DNA from: Adineta vaga | Lineage: Eukaryota > Animalia > Rotifera | Assembly (NCBI GenBank): GCA_021613535.1 | Contig: CP075492.1 | Location: 1 to 64,000, forward strand | Reading direction: 5' to 3' | Length of the DNA: 64,000 bases | Part shown: piece after piece, positions 1 through 11,924 of the stretch | How positions within the stretch are numbered: the stretch's first letter is position 1 | Layout: every line of letters begins with the position of its first letter | Notes under the pieces: model-generated | Told to the model about the DNA's origin: nothing | The model's database searches: none | What the model saw: only the letters and a program-made list of their open reading frames with translations | Translations under genes and position numbers: made by a program

Positions 1-1700
1 ACTTGTTAAAATGATAGGAAATAAATTTTGGTGGATAGTCATTCAATAATAGAGTTAATTCAATATGTAATCTTTCTTGATCAAAATCTTCTACATTTGA
101 ACAAAGACGTATTGCTCGAAAAAGAGCACCTTTAATTGTATTACGATGAACATGACGTGGATGATCCGATAAAAATGGAAGAATATACGGTGCAGCTGCT
201 GGTTTATGATAAACATTAGTTCTCAATTGTCCTTGATTATTATGTACTGATACATCAAGAAATTGAGCACTTAATCTTATTGTTTGAGTAATACTAATAT
301 TTTTATCTTTATGATTTGCATGATTGAGTAATGTATTAATTTCATCCGTAGAAAGATTAGCCGTCATAAAAACATCATCAATATATCTATAGAAAGATAT
401 AAGCAAAAAATAGATAGATAGATAGAAAGTTATCCTCTTACCGGCCATATAATTCATTATGAGCTTTTTGATGTTCAATTAATGATTGTTCCCATTTTAA
501 CATATAGATATTAGCTAAAGTCATAGTAAATGGTGATCCCATTGCTCCACCACGAATTTGTTTATAATATTTTCCTTCGTAAACAAAGGAATTTGTATCC
601 AATACTGCATTAGATAATTTCATCAGAGTATCAATTGTCATGCCATGAATTCTTCCATTACTTGCATGCATATTTAAAAATTGTTGTAAAGCAACTAGAG
701 CTCCATCTCTTGGTATCATTGTATACAAATCGGTCACATCAAATGTAATAAAATTTGTTGTTGGTGTTAGACGACCGATACTTTGATACAATGCCAATCG
801 TCGAATAAAATGAATGTCATTAATAAATGTAGTCTGCTTAGTTGCTTGATCAAATATTGGCCGAAGAACTTGATCTAAAAAATGTGATATACCTATGGCT
901 GGTGAATGTATCATGGAGATAATCGGTCTTAATGGTGTACCAATCTAAAAATAATTAAAAATTATATTTTTATTATCAATATATTTTAAATACGATTACT
1001 TTGTGTGGTTTTGGTAGAAAATAAAGATGAGGTAATTCAATTGTTTCAATATTTGGATACATCTTTAGTTTCCATAGATTACGATTAATAGCTTTATTCT
1101 TCAATAATAGAGTTAATAATCCTATAATATGTTGAAAATGATCTCTACATGGATTAATACCATTTTCAATTTCTTGATAAGCTTGAGTTTTTTCCATATA
1201 AGCCAATGATTTATTATGATAACTTTCAACGCTAGCTAAATGAAATACTTTACTTTTATCTGATCTTTGTATGACAATGTTATGTTTATTTCGTATACGT
1301 TTGATATTTTTATATCATTGTGTCTGTTCATATTGAGCGCGCTGCCGTAATAATTTCGGTCGTAATGGTGTTGTATGTGATAAAGTAAAGAGATTCTCAA
1401 TACCATCAAAAAATTCATTGGCTCGTTGATCAGATCCAGAAACGCAATTATCATGAAAACCATCTTTAAAACATTTGACAAGTGTTTCATATTCTTTTGT
1501 AATGATAACATCTACGGATAAATTTGAGAAATGACTTTGACAAGTTGGTATAAAAGGTGGACCATTTGCAAGAAATTCAATATAATTTGATGAAGGAATT
1601 GGAGCTACTTCAATGATTGGTGCTGATAAACGAATATGACTTAGTTTAGTAAAATGATTGCTCCGATGATTGTTGCACCAACCAGTTATTTTTCTTCTAT
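1..1700 (-). pseudogene. Penelope-like (Athena clade) reverse transcriptase ORF2; intron-containing, degenerate, runs off the window start
   Basis: Spliced translation gives PLE RT motifs: LANGPPFIP, IQRSDKSKVF, HLYFLPKPHK^IGTPLRPIIS (intron 945-999), FDVTDLYTMIP, QIRGGAMGSPF, LYGR^YIDDVF (intron 387-441), FLDV, VYHKPAAAPYILPFLSDHPRHV. There is an in-frame stop/frameshift damage around 1100-1320. Confidence 0.93.
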
Positions 1701-1731
1701 AAAAACACCATCGGAGCGTCGTCGAAAAAAA
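1615..1731 (-). promoter_or_regulatory. Programmed -1 frameshift signal: slippery heptamer T TTT TTC plus H-type pseudoknot
   Basis: Minus strand TTTTTTC (1730-1724), 6-nt spacer, stem 1 GCTCCGATG (1717-1709) pairing with CATCGGAGC (1668-1660), stem 2 GGTTGGTGC (1683-1675) pairing with GCACCAATC (1623-1615). It sits at the ORF1/RT junction. Confidence 0.8.
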
Positions 1732-3367
1732 GACAATTTATGCTTGGTAATAATTCCATACGTTTAATAATATTTGATTGACGTGCTGCTATAGCATTGA
1801 GAATAGTAACAAATGGTTTTGGTAGTGGAACTTGTCCACCAACTGATTCAATGAGTTTCTTCTTTTCACATGCAATCATATTTGTTTGACTTCGAACTAT
1901 TTGTTCACTTGTATTAATTTCTAATGATATTAAATCATATTTAAATTGGGCAATCATCTTTTCACGTCGAGACAAGATTGTAGCACATACATCTGTATTT
2001 AATGGTAGATTATCAAGTAATTTTTCAATATTATCAATGGCATGATCGAGAACATTAAATGATACTGGTAATCTTCTTGTATAAAGACGTTTTTTTAATA
2101 TTGCCACATATTGTTCGGCTTGTTGTTTATCTAATGTTGTTTGCCATATAACTTTAGCTGAGATAATCTAAATATATAAATGTAGATTTATAACAACAAT
2201 GAAATCTTTCTCACTTGATCTTCAGATGGTTTTAAATCATAAAATGTTTGTACTAAATGATAATCATTCGCATCAAATTCTAATATAGATTTTTTTCGTT
2301 GAAAATCAGCTGCCAATTTATGTTGACCTCTACGTACCAATGCAGGAATTATCATTGATAATCTTTGTAGATCAACAGATTGGCCAATTTGTAATTCCGT
2401 ATGTTGATTCAATGAGATTTCTATTTGTTTTAATTGTTCAATAGTTGTTTCTCGATATTTTTCTATGTTTTTCTCTGTTACAAATTGAACACTGTTTAAT
2501 TTATTCTCTTTTAGAAATTGTTTGGATAATTTCATTGACCATACTTTGGAAGTGACCATAATAGTATAATAATTCTCCCAATACTCTTGTTTCAATCTTA
2601 AATAGAATAAATTATTGACAATTTGAGCATATTCACGAGCATATTGTAATTTTTCAGGTGTATCCAGTGATTGAATTGTATGTTCAGCACCTTCTAAAGC
2701 TGTTGATAACATCTTTTTAAATATATGATCTGGTGTACTTAAATAATTTGGCTTCATATCTAATCTTGATGTAGTACTTGTTGTGGTGGTGGTGGTGGTG
2801 GTGGTAGTATCATCAACAACAGCAAATGTGACTGAACGATGTCGTTTTTCTTTTGGTTGTGTGATTGAAATTGTGCTAATCGATGCAGTAACGCCTGTTG
2901 GTCGAGTTTCTCGTTTCCTTTTGACTATTTTGGACTGAACATCATGATGTACATCTGATTGCTCCTATTATATATTTTTTTATGATATTAATAGACAAAT
3001 AGTATTCATATTTATAGAAAATATACATTACCGGAAGAGTCAATGAATTATTCTCTTCTTGTGTTTCATTGACAAGTTGATGTGATGAAGCACTATATGT
3101 TTCAATCATTGTTGCAATTGTTTCATCATTTATTCCTTGATTCTTCAATTTTGATCTAAATCTCTGTAATTTACGATTTCCACGAGACCTTTTCTTCTTT
3201 TTCTTCTTCTTCTGCTTCAATTCTTCTTCTTGTTCTTGTTGAATTGTTGGTGTATTCTCTGCTGTCGAAAGAATAAGTTGTTGTCTATCGTCTGACTTGG
3301 AATGAGTAGAATTATTTTTATTAGTTTCATTATTATTAGTAGTTGTAGTATTATCATCATCAGCCAT
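1697..3367 (-). CDS. Athena ORF1, coiled-coil protein with basic NLS-like motif, 3 exons
   Basis: ORF pieces 2942-3367, 2188-2757 and 1697-2107 join through GT-AG introns (~2965-3031 and ~2168-2214). Contains KKKKKRSRGNRKLQRFRSKLK and ends ..FFDDAP, directly upstream of the RT. Confidence 0.85.
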
Positions 3368-4147
3368 CTTGAGAGGGAAGCAAAAAATGAATATCTAAAA
3401 TTTAAAAACTAACCAAAATTGAGAAATGAAAAGCTTTCATTAAGAATATTTTAAATGAATTGAAAGTTTTTTGATAATAAAAAACATGATCAATATTTTT
3501 CTAAAGTTCTTTTTTCTATTCATAATATTGATTTTGATGCACACAATTGTTTTGATTTGAATTTATAAAAACATTGAATACGTTCATAAATCAGATTAAT
3601 CATTATCTTCGATAATACTTGATTCTGTTCAACAGATGAATGTCGTTGATTGGACCATATTTCCTTAATAGTACAAAGGAGAAGGTGTTGTATGAATATC
3701 ATCAATATTATAGCGATGGAAATTGCGTTCAATATTTGTATTGCTCATAGGCTTCATAATACAATAAAAATGATGAATAATTTCTTTTTAAAGGAAAGAT
3801 AATAACATATTATATTTGAATCTGTTGGACGAATGATTTGTTCTGATTTTTCATTATCAGTATTACCAATGGATATATTTTGTTTATTTGAAAGATCATC
3901 CATGTTATTTTTTCTACAGTTTCTTGTAATTATAAAATTATAATTTAATTATCTAAAATAAATCACGCTAAAAACAACAATTTAAATGTTCCAGTAAATC
4001 ATTTAAATCATACAGTTTATTATTGTATATTTTATAGAAGAAAGAGTTTGTGATATTTAAAAACGAGTCAATCCAATTCTAACTATATTATAAAACTAAA
4101 TGTGAATAGAATAAAAATAATGCAGTGATCTATATAAGATGCTTCAC

Positions 4148-4207
4148 ATATATATATATATATATATAGATGGGTGAGTGAGCGAGCGAGAGAGAGAGAG
4201 AGAGAGA
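4148..4207. repeat. Compound (TA)n / (GA)n microsatellite
   Basis: Directly visible. Confidence 0.9.
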
Positions 4208-4699
4208 TTCTTGGATTTTTCTCATTGGTGAAAAATTAGATATGCATAGATGAAAGAGATAATATAAACAATTATATCACATGATTGAATTCATAAGTGA
4301 TGTCATCAAGAATTTGATAGACATTGTATTCTGATAAATATTAATGAGATGAAAGTAAACAAATACAGATATCTAAATATAATAATACCACTAAGTTATA
4401 CCTAGATTGGAAACCAAATAGATGATAGAGTTAATCTGAAAAAAAATGAATAAATGATGATTAATACATATGAAAGTGAAGCAAAATGAGTTACCAATAA
4501 AACACATAATTAATAGTAGCAGATGATTAAATGAATTGAAAACAATAAATGAGAATGTATGTATGAATAAAAATAAAAAGGAAATAACAACAAAAATTGT
4601 ATGTTCAAAAGTCTTCAATATTTAGAATTAAATAGAAGAGAAAGTCAAGTATGCAAAAATGAGATAATTTTTTGTGTACGATTTTCTATGTTTACACGA

Positions 4700-5403
4700 C
4701 GAGCTTCGATAATGGCACACATGAGAGGATCGAATTCGTGGGAAAATGGCATTTGATATGATTGATGATTATCAGTGCTCATGAATGTTATTGTTGTATT
4801 ACTTCGTTTGTTATTTGATGAATTGAATTTTTTTTCATGAATCTGACGTTGACAATATTTTCGTTTTCCACGCCAAATTTTTTCGGCTTTGATTTTCTAA
4901 AACGAAAAGATACAAATCAGTATGCTATAGTAAAGTTGAGAAGAAGAAAAAGAATAACGAATTACTTGATTTTCTGTCGGATGAAGTTCATAGAATGATT
5001 TCACCAGTTGAATTTCGTCAGCATCAACTGGTAACATACTTTTCTTCTGTTCAAATCTTGTATGTAATTCTTTTAAACCATTTTCAATGAGAACTCGCAG
5101 CGTATCCGATATTATATGCATTATTTCATGGGTTGATGTTTTATCAGATACCAACGAGTGATAACAAGAATATTGTTGTTGTAAATGAATTCGTAGTTGT
5201 TGACAGATTTTATTGAGTTTGTTTTCGGTTAATTTTTGTCGATGTCGAATATTATGTTCAGTTCGAGGATAATCCCAATTGATTGAACATCGCTTTGTGA
5301 GATTCTTTGGCATTCTTGATAACCATTGGACGGCAAATAAAAGTCTATCTGTGACATGTTGCCAGTAATCTTTTTCCATTTCCAACTGAAATCTCATACA
5401 CAT
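4700..5403 (-). pseudogene. Second Athena coiled-coil ORF1 paralog, interrupted by piggyBac
   Basis: FQLEMEKDYWQ...DADEIQLVKSFYELHPTENQ^IKAEKIW aligns with ORF1 FYLRLKQEYWE...DANDYHLVQTFYDLKPSEDQ^IISAKVIW, with the intron at the same position. Confidence 0.75.
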
Positions 5404-5406
5404 TAA

Positions 5407-7774
5407 CCCTTTCAGGACCGGCTTATTTTGAGGAAAAAATACAGTTATAATGTTCTTTAAAATGCTTTATTTTTGTGAGATGTATCAAAAAGAGCATCAA
5501 AAAGCTTTCAAAGTGTGATATTCTTTGAAACAAGTAGGATTGCACAGTGGAACATCACAGTCCGGACAATAAAACCTTGTAACACTCCGTTTTTTCTCCC
5601 GCTTGACTGAATGACTGCAGACGAAACAGCGTTTCTTGACATTAGTGCCAGGAATAAAAGCGATGAAATGACGAGCAGAGAGGCGTAGCGGACAATCGAT
5701 TGGTGGTCTTCCTTTCGTCTGTGGCCGCATTGATCCATATTCTTCAATGAGTTCTCGAGCAAGTTCAAGACGAAATTCCGAAAGTTCGAGATTTTTGTGG
5801 GTTTTTATCTTGTACATGGCATAAGAGTTCTGCACAGTGATATCAAATAAATGAAAAAACAATTTCTTGTACCATTTGATTGTTTTTCTTAGACATTCTG
5901 AGAAACTGGTTTGCATGTCCACTTGGTCCACTGCTCCCATATTTTTGTTATATTGTACAATACAATGAGGTTTCTTGATTTTTTGGCCTGTTTCTCTATC
6001 ATTCTTACCAGTTTCTACCATGACAGATTTGTGCGCGGTAGTAAGCATGTGCACCTCTCTTTTGTCCATCCATTTGAGTGCTAAAAGTTCACCAGTTGTT
6101 TGATATTCCTGTTGACCCTTTGCCAGCTTTCCAAACATTGGCATCCCATTTCTTGTTCTTTTCACAGTTCCACAAGATTTCGTTTTCTCCTCCAGTAATC
6201 TTTCAAATAATGTCGGGCTGGAATACCAATTATCAATGAAGAGTGTATGATTTTTCTTCAAATAATTTTTCATCAATGTTAGTATTACTGAACCTGATAT
6301 TCCAACCTCGGGATAATTGTCAATTTCTGTTTCTGCTCCAGTGTAAACGATGAAGTTCAGAACGAATTTGGTCTCACAGTCGCATAACAGGAAGAGCTTT
6401 ACACCAAAACGATGTCTTTTCGACGGAATGTATTGCTTAAAACTGAGGCGACCTTTCCAAAGCATCAGGCTCTCATCAATACACAAATTTTCCCATGGAA
6501 TTATTGCTTTTCCAAATTTCTTTTTCAAATTTTCGATAATTGGGTGGATCTTTCGTAGTTTGCCTTCTTGCTCTGTGTTATTATCAGCAATGTGAAGATA
6601 TCGCAGAACAGAAAGATACCTGTTCCTTGTGAAAAGCTCGCCGAAAATTGGTGTTGTTATCAGCTTATCCGTTGACCAATAATCTTTTATGCGATTCTTT
6701 TGATTTAATCCCATCAAAATAGTGGTAGCGAAAAAGATATACATTTCTTCCACATTAGTGTCGTACCAGGCGGCAGTTTTTTCAATATTTGGTGTTGCAT
6801 TTTGTTGTTGATAATTGTTAGTTTCTTCAACAATTATTTCCATTAGCTCGTTGTCAAAAAAAGCTTTGAAATAGTCAGATGGATTGTTTCCTTCGATTTC
6901 AAATTCTTCGTTGACACCTGATGCTTTATCGGAAAATTTCAAGTCCTTGAGTTTGAAGCCACACTGACTCCACTTTCTGGGAGCACGTTTTTTCCGAATA
7001 GTCGGTGATGCAATGTCCTTTTCTTCATCTTCTTCACTGGTTGAGGACATATGTAAATCGTCAAATTCTGTTGCTAAGTCTGATTCCGAATCGTCGAAAA
7101 TTTCGTCGATTTCCATTGGATTGAGCTTCTTTTTTCTTGAAGTTGCCATATGTAAATGAAACCTGTTAGTTAGCGTTTTACTAATCGAAATAATTATGTA
7201 TATATAATATTTGATATATAATATATGTTACTTCTGCTTTTATTATAGAAAATCAACAACTATATATACGATTTGAAAAGTTCAACTAGAAGCGAAAAGA
7301 AGAATCTATATGACGTGATGGAAAATCAGTTGACAGAGTACATTTGATCAGATGGAAGAGCATATGATGTCATCATATGTTCATATGGTAGATAACACTG
7401 TGCACATGACGTCATGTATATATGTACGCAAAAGAACGAAAAAAGATATATGATGACGTCATGGCAACAATGGTAATAGTACATATATGAAGACATTGCA
7501 TAGCAAACTGATAAAGTACGAATTGTGAACTCTTTATGTATCTAATTTTTTTGTCAGTATCTCTTTATAACTATCTAATAGATGATGAACGAGAGGAAAA
7601 AATCCATGAAGTATAAATGAGAATAAGAAAAAAGAAAATACTAATAATAACACGGACGTTTAAAACAACATCCACAATATTTACTTCAAAGAAACACGAA
7701 AAAGGTCGAATTTTTACACACAAGACCACATGAAAGCTCAATGGCACTTTAAAGTGCCACCGGTCCCGAAAGGG
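5407..7774 (-). mobile_element. Complete piggyBac DNA transposon
   Basis: TTAA TSDs at 5403-5406 and 7775-7778. TIRs CCCTTTCAGGACCGG (5407-5421) and CCGGTCCCGAAAGGG (7760-7774) match at 14/15. Confidence 0.97.
5497..7149 (-). CDS. piggyBac transposase (PGBD4-like), intact, 550 aa
   Basis: DDD triad contexts CIDESL, FIDNWYSS and MGAVDQVD; YIPSKRHRFGVK; C-terminal Cys-rich domain CFVC...CPDCDVPLCNPTCFKEYH. Confidence 0.96.
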   Translation of the reverse strand: MATSRKKKLNPMEIDEIFDDSESDLATEFDDLHMSSTSEEDEEKDIASPTIRKKRAPRKWSQCGFKLKDLKFSDKASGVNEEFEIEGNNPSDYFKAFFDNELMEIIVEETNNYQQQNATPNIEKTAAWYDTNVEEMYIFFATTILMGLNQKNRIKDYWSTDKLITTPIFGELFTRNRYLSVLRYLHIADNNTEQEGKLRKIHPIIENLKKKFGKAIIPWENLCIDESLMLWKGRLSFKQYIPSKRHRFGVKLFLLCDCETKFVLNFIVYTGAETEIDNYPEVGISGSVILTLMKNYLKKNHTLFIDNWYSSPTLFERLLEEKTKSCGTVKRTRNGMPMFGKLAKGQQEYQTTGELLALKWMDKREVHMLTTAHKSVMVETGKNDRETGQKIKKPHCIVQYNKNMGAVDQVDMQTSFSECLRKTIKWYKKLFFHLFDITVQNSYAMYKIKTHKNLELSEFRLELARELIEEYGSMRPQTKGRPPIDCPLRLSARHFIAFIPGTNVKKRCFVCSHSVKREKKRSVTRFYCPDCDVPLCNPTCFKEYHTLKAF

Positions 7775-7778
7775 TTAA

Positions 7779-9420
7779 TATTATTTTCATCGGCATTGAA
7801 CTTACTTATCGATAAATCATATAAATAAAGCACATGCCAATGGTTGCTTATATGTGAGCAAAAATTAATGCTATTAAAGAAAATATTCTCAATATTCAAC
7901 ATTGAGGTTACGTCTTTTTTTCTTTCACAAAAATTTTCAAATAATCAAGAGAAACTTTTTTCAAAGTAATAACAACCAACAACTACTGTTTCAAGAAAGA
8001 AAATACCTATATTGTTCCTAAACATTCTTCTACTGTTTGTGTTTTTTAGATGCAAACACATTTCCAATTGCATTATGTAAAATATATCTGTTAACATCAC
8101 GTTGATCAGGACGTAAAAGTTTAGCTAATTCTAAATTAAAAAAAAAGCGATGATTTCTTTTCATGATAATTGTCACTAAAATTACCTTTTATATCAGATT
8201 TTCGTTAACTCGACATTTTCTTAATAGACATACGAGCTTGTACACGAATATCAGGATACAAAAACTTTGTAATTAAACGACATGTTTTTGTAATATCTGT
8301 ATCATGTTTACATTCTTTTAACTGTTTATTTGACATTTTCAACCGTCGACAAATTTTTGTAATTTTTTGATCCTCTATATTCATTGGATCATTATCAATT
8401 GTTTGAGTATATTTAGAAGAAACGTTTGGTTTCGAACGAGAATGTCTATTTAAAAAAATTTGATTTTAATATGTGATAATTAAATGAATAACCTACTTTG
8501 GTCTCCAATGAGACTTATAATAATTAATTTCTTCTTTTAGAGGAAGGTTCTCTCCAACAATTGTATCAAATGATTTATAAGACGAACCGTTATATTCATT
8601 CTTGTTTGAACAACCTATACAAAATTGAACAATTAGATTAGGATAAATTATACATATGAATCAATATCAGTTTTTATTCTGTAACGAAATATGTTTAAAG
8701 TATCACTTTTTTTATTTATACTTTTATAGTTATTTCTTATTCATATGCAATTACTGGTATTGTTCTTAAATATTATCTAATCCTTTCAAAGCCTACTAGT
8801 ATTACCTGATGAAGTTGATGATCGAAAGAGATCTTTATTTGTTGAAAATGATAATACTGATGTGGATATTGATTTATCAACATTAGGAACAATTTCAATT
8901 GACGAATGAGTCACTCCATCTGGAATTTCTAAAATATCCATGAATATATTGTTATTAGTGATGTAATCTATCCATCACATTAGTACATACGATCAGTTGT
9001 ATATGAAGATTTATTAGAATGTTCATCAATAAAAATAATATCATTTTCAGGATTTATACTTGATGAAACCTGTTTTTCATTATTTGTTTCAACATTTGTT
9101 GATTGACAATTTTTACGATTTGGTAAATCAAATTCATCTTCATCTGAACAGAAAAAACTACTTTTATTTATTTATTCATACAATAATTTTTGACTCACCA
9201 GATGTATGTAAATAATTATTTCTTAATGAAATCAATCGATGATGGACCTTTTTACGTAAATAAAGAACTTTATGATTGACCAACATTATCGACTTGTCAA
9301 TTGTTTTTCTTCTTGCCGTGATTGTAAAAAAATAAAGAAAATAATCTGAAAGACATAAATACTGGAAATTGTAAATAAAATTAAAGCGGACCTTCGAAAT
9401 ATACTGATTTCCTCGATATA
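7779..9420 (-). pseudogene. Multi-exon degenerate ORF, probably the 5' part of the piggyBac-interrupted coiled-coil gene and/or another Terminon ORF
   Basis: Several short GT-AG introns and coding-like basic/acidic segments (SDEDEFDLPNRK, ITKICRRLKMSNKQLK) with stops. Confidence 0.4.
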
Positions 9421-10935
9421 AATTAAAATAATAACAAACATTGAACAGCAATACGATGGGAAACATGTTCAAAACTATACATTTGGTGTTAATGGAAAAA
9501 AATTGGAGGTCATGATATTAATATGAATAGATGTCGTACAAATATATATATATAGGATTAATGTGCCAACAAAAGTGGTAGACGTCCTTTTGTACGACAC
9601 CCCTTACATATATGTCTCAATAATATTTGATCTGCTATCATATCATTTCCTTTTTCTTGTTCTTTTTCTTTATCTCTCTCTTTCAGTGTGTTTTCTCTCT
9701 ATACATTTTTCTTGATATTTCTCTTTCTCTCCTCTTCTCTTTTGTACTCGCTCTTGCTCTCTCATTGAAGGTCTCTCGGATATCATAAAAAAAGAAGTTA
9801 GTTGTAGACGGATACTAATAGGAGTTAGCTGTGTCTAGACTTCTACGTTAGTCGTTTACAACTATACACATATACACAGTGTGCTAGACGTATCTTGATA
9901 TCGAAGTTAGTTATAGTCGTTATAGTTGACTCTGAAAATGGAATAGGAGTCTGAACCTGCTCAATCTCAAACTATATTCATTTGTGAACTTTGTTATTAT
10001 TTTTCATTATCATTAAACAATAAATCATCACGTCTCGGTGTTGTCCGAACGCTCTGAACTATTTGACGTCTCTTGATTTATATTCATCTATCAGAAGTAG
10101 ATTCCGTTACAGTAGGTTGGTGTATTGTCCTACTGAGTCAGAAGATAGAGAAAAGGGGCGAGAATATCACAATAGGTAGGTTGGTGTTGTCTTACGGAGA
10201 AGACAGGTGCAGTTTCTAATTCAACTGTGACAGAGGTGAGAGAGAGAAGTATTTCCTATGAATATCAAGACCTGGCCAGGCTTGCATTCATGCGATTCGA
10301 TATTCAAAGGAAATATTTTAATCTTTATGATCCTTAGTCTCAGTTACACCCCGGAGGGTATCTCATCGATACCCTTTGGGGATTTACAGGTAGCTGTTCT
10401 TAAAATTAGATCTGCACGTACAGGGATCACTTGAAAATATATAGATGATTTGCGAGAAGGAGAGGATGTGTAAGAAGAATCAGTGATTTCCTACAATCAT
10501 TGGTATGCAGAAAAGGAACGATGTTCTATTTGTTATTTCGCGATCTTGCAGTCATTGCAAGAATTCGCATATTGGTTCACATAATACGGCGATTAAGATT
10601 GATTATTGATGGATAGTTGACTTTCTTGTTCAACTATTCATTTCAATCTTGACCGTCCTTTTTTTTATCGAAAATCTTCGAAAAAAAGTACTCATTTGTT
10701 CAAGAAGTCATGAACGGTACGAAACATTGCCAAAGATTTAAAATAGGATGGCAATAAAAGTCACATGAACTTACGTTAGTTACATATCTAGATCATCTAT
10801 GAAATGTAACTAAGTGTTGTCTTCTTCTATACAGGGTTGAAAACTAAAATGACCACTGATATATTTCTTGAGACTATCGAGTCGAAGCACCTAGGAAAAG
10901 TACATCGTCCGCTCTGCCTCGCAGAATATGCTCAG

Positions 10936-11035
10936 TTGGTCGTGGTAGCTGTTGTTGGCTTTTCATTCTATATATGAACAAGTTCCATAAAAACATAAAG
11001 CCACCTGATGAGGCCCTTCAGCAAGGCCGAAACCG
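10936..11035 (+). ncRNA. Type III hammerhead ribozyme
   Basis: GUC cleavage triplet 10939-10941; stem I GTGGT/GCCAC; core CTGATGA 11005-11011; stem II GGCC-CTTCAGCAA-GGCC; GAAA 11029-11032; stem III TGGT/ACCG. Confidence 0.8.
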
Positions 11036-11924
11036 CAAACATGCATCTGAAATCAATTTTAATTTGCGTATCTTTAACGCAACAAAGATAGAGAACATAA
11101 TTATTGAATGCTCTCATTCACCAATCACATAATCACCTTTTACACAAGGTAGTTTTTGTTTGAAAAAGTTTGTAAACTTTCTTCTATTAACGCAAACAAT
11201 TAGAAATGCTGCTTTAATTTGATTATTTGGATTCATGATGATCCAATATTTGTTCCATAAAGGATATTATTATAACAGTGACCAGTATCTAGAATGATCA
11301 TATTATCATGAGCAAAATAGATTAACTAATTTGTTTTATTCAGTGTTTATAATTAATATGAGACTTATAAAGAAATTATTATTACTATTATTAAGAGTGT
11401 ACTCAGCCGATGTTTGTTCTGAAGCGTTATTGTATGATTCGATGATATCATCCATATTTTCATTCATCATTGTAATGAAAACGAGATGCGATCGATTTGA
11501 ACAAGAAATAGTTGTTTTTTTATTTCTACTTCGTTGGCTAATTCACCTAGTGATTCTCTTCCCTTAAAGATTACTTTTAATAGTTGATTTCATCCTGGTT
11601 TTTGATAATATGCCATATGTTAATAATGTATAGATGAAAAGATAAATATGTTTGAAATATCTGAAAGAGAAAAGTTTCATATTAGTAAATTGTTAGAATG
11701 GTACTTTCTACAACTAAACACTATGAATTTTATGCAATTACAAAAAAAACAGAAGAGAAATCGAACAACGTCATTTAAGTGTTTAATTGTATGATGTTAG
11801 TAGAGGCTTTGTGTATATTGTATTCGAATTATCTTGAAGGCCGCGACACGGTAATTGATCAAAATGACATGGAAGATAATCGTAATCATATGATTTGATG
11901 ATCTATGATTGTGATAAAGTAATT

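Noticed and set aside
2784-2806. (GGT)n tract as a telomeric repeat
   Set aside because: It is a poly-Thr codon run inside Athena ORF1.
8806-8830. CTGATGA...GAAA hammerhead-like core
   Set aside because: No stem II or stem I pairing; overlaps a minus-strand splice donor.
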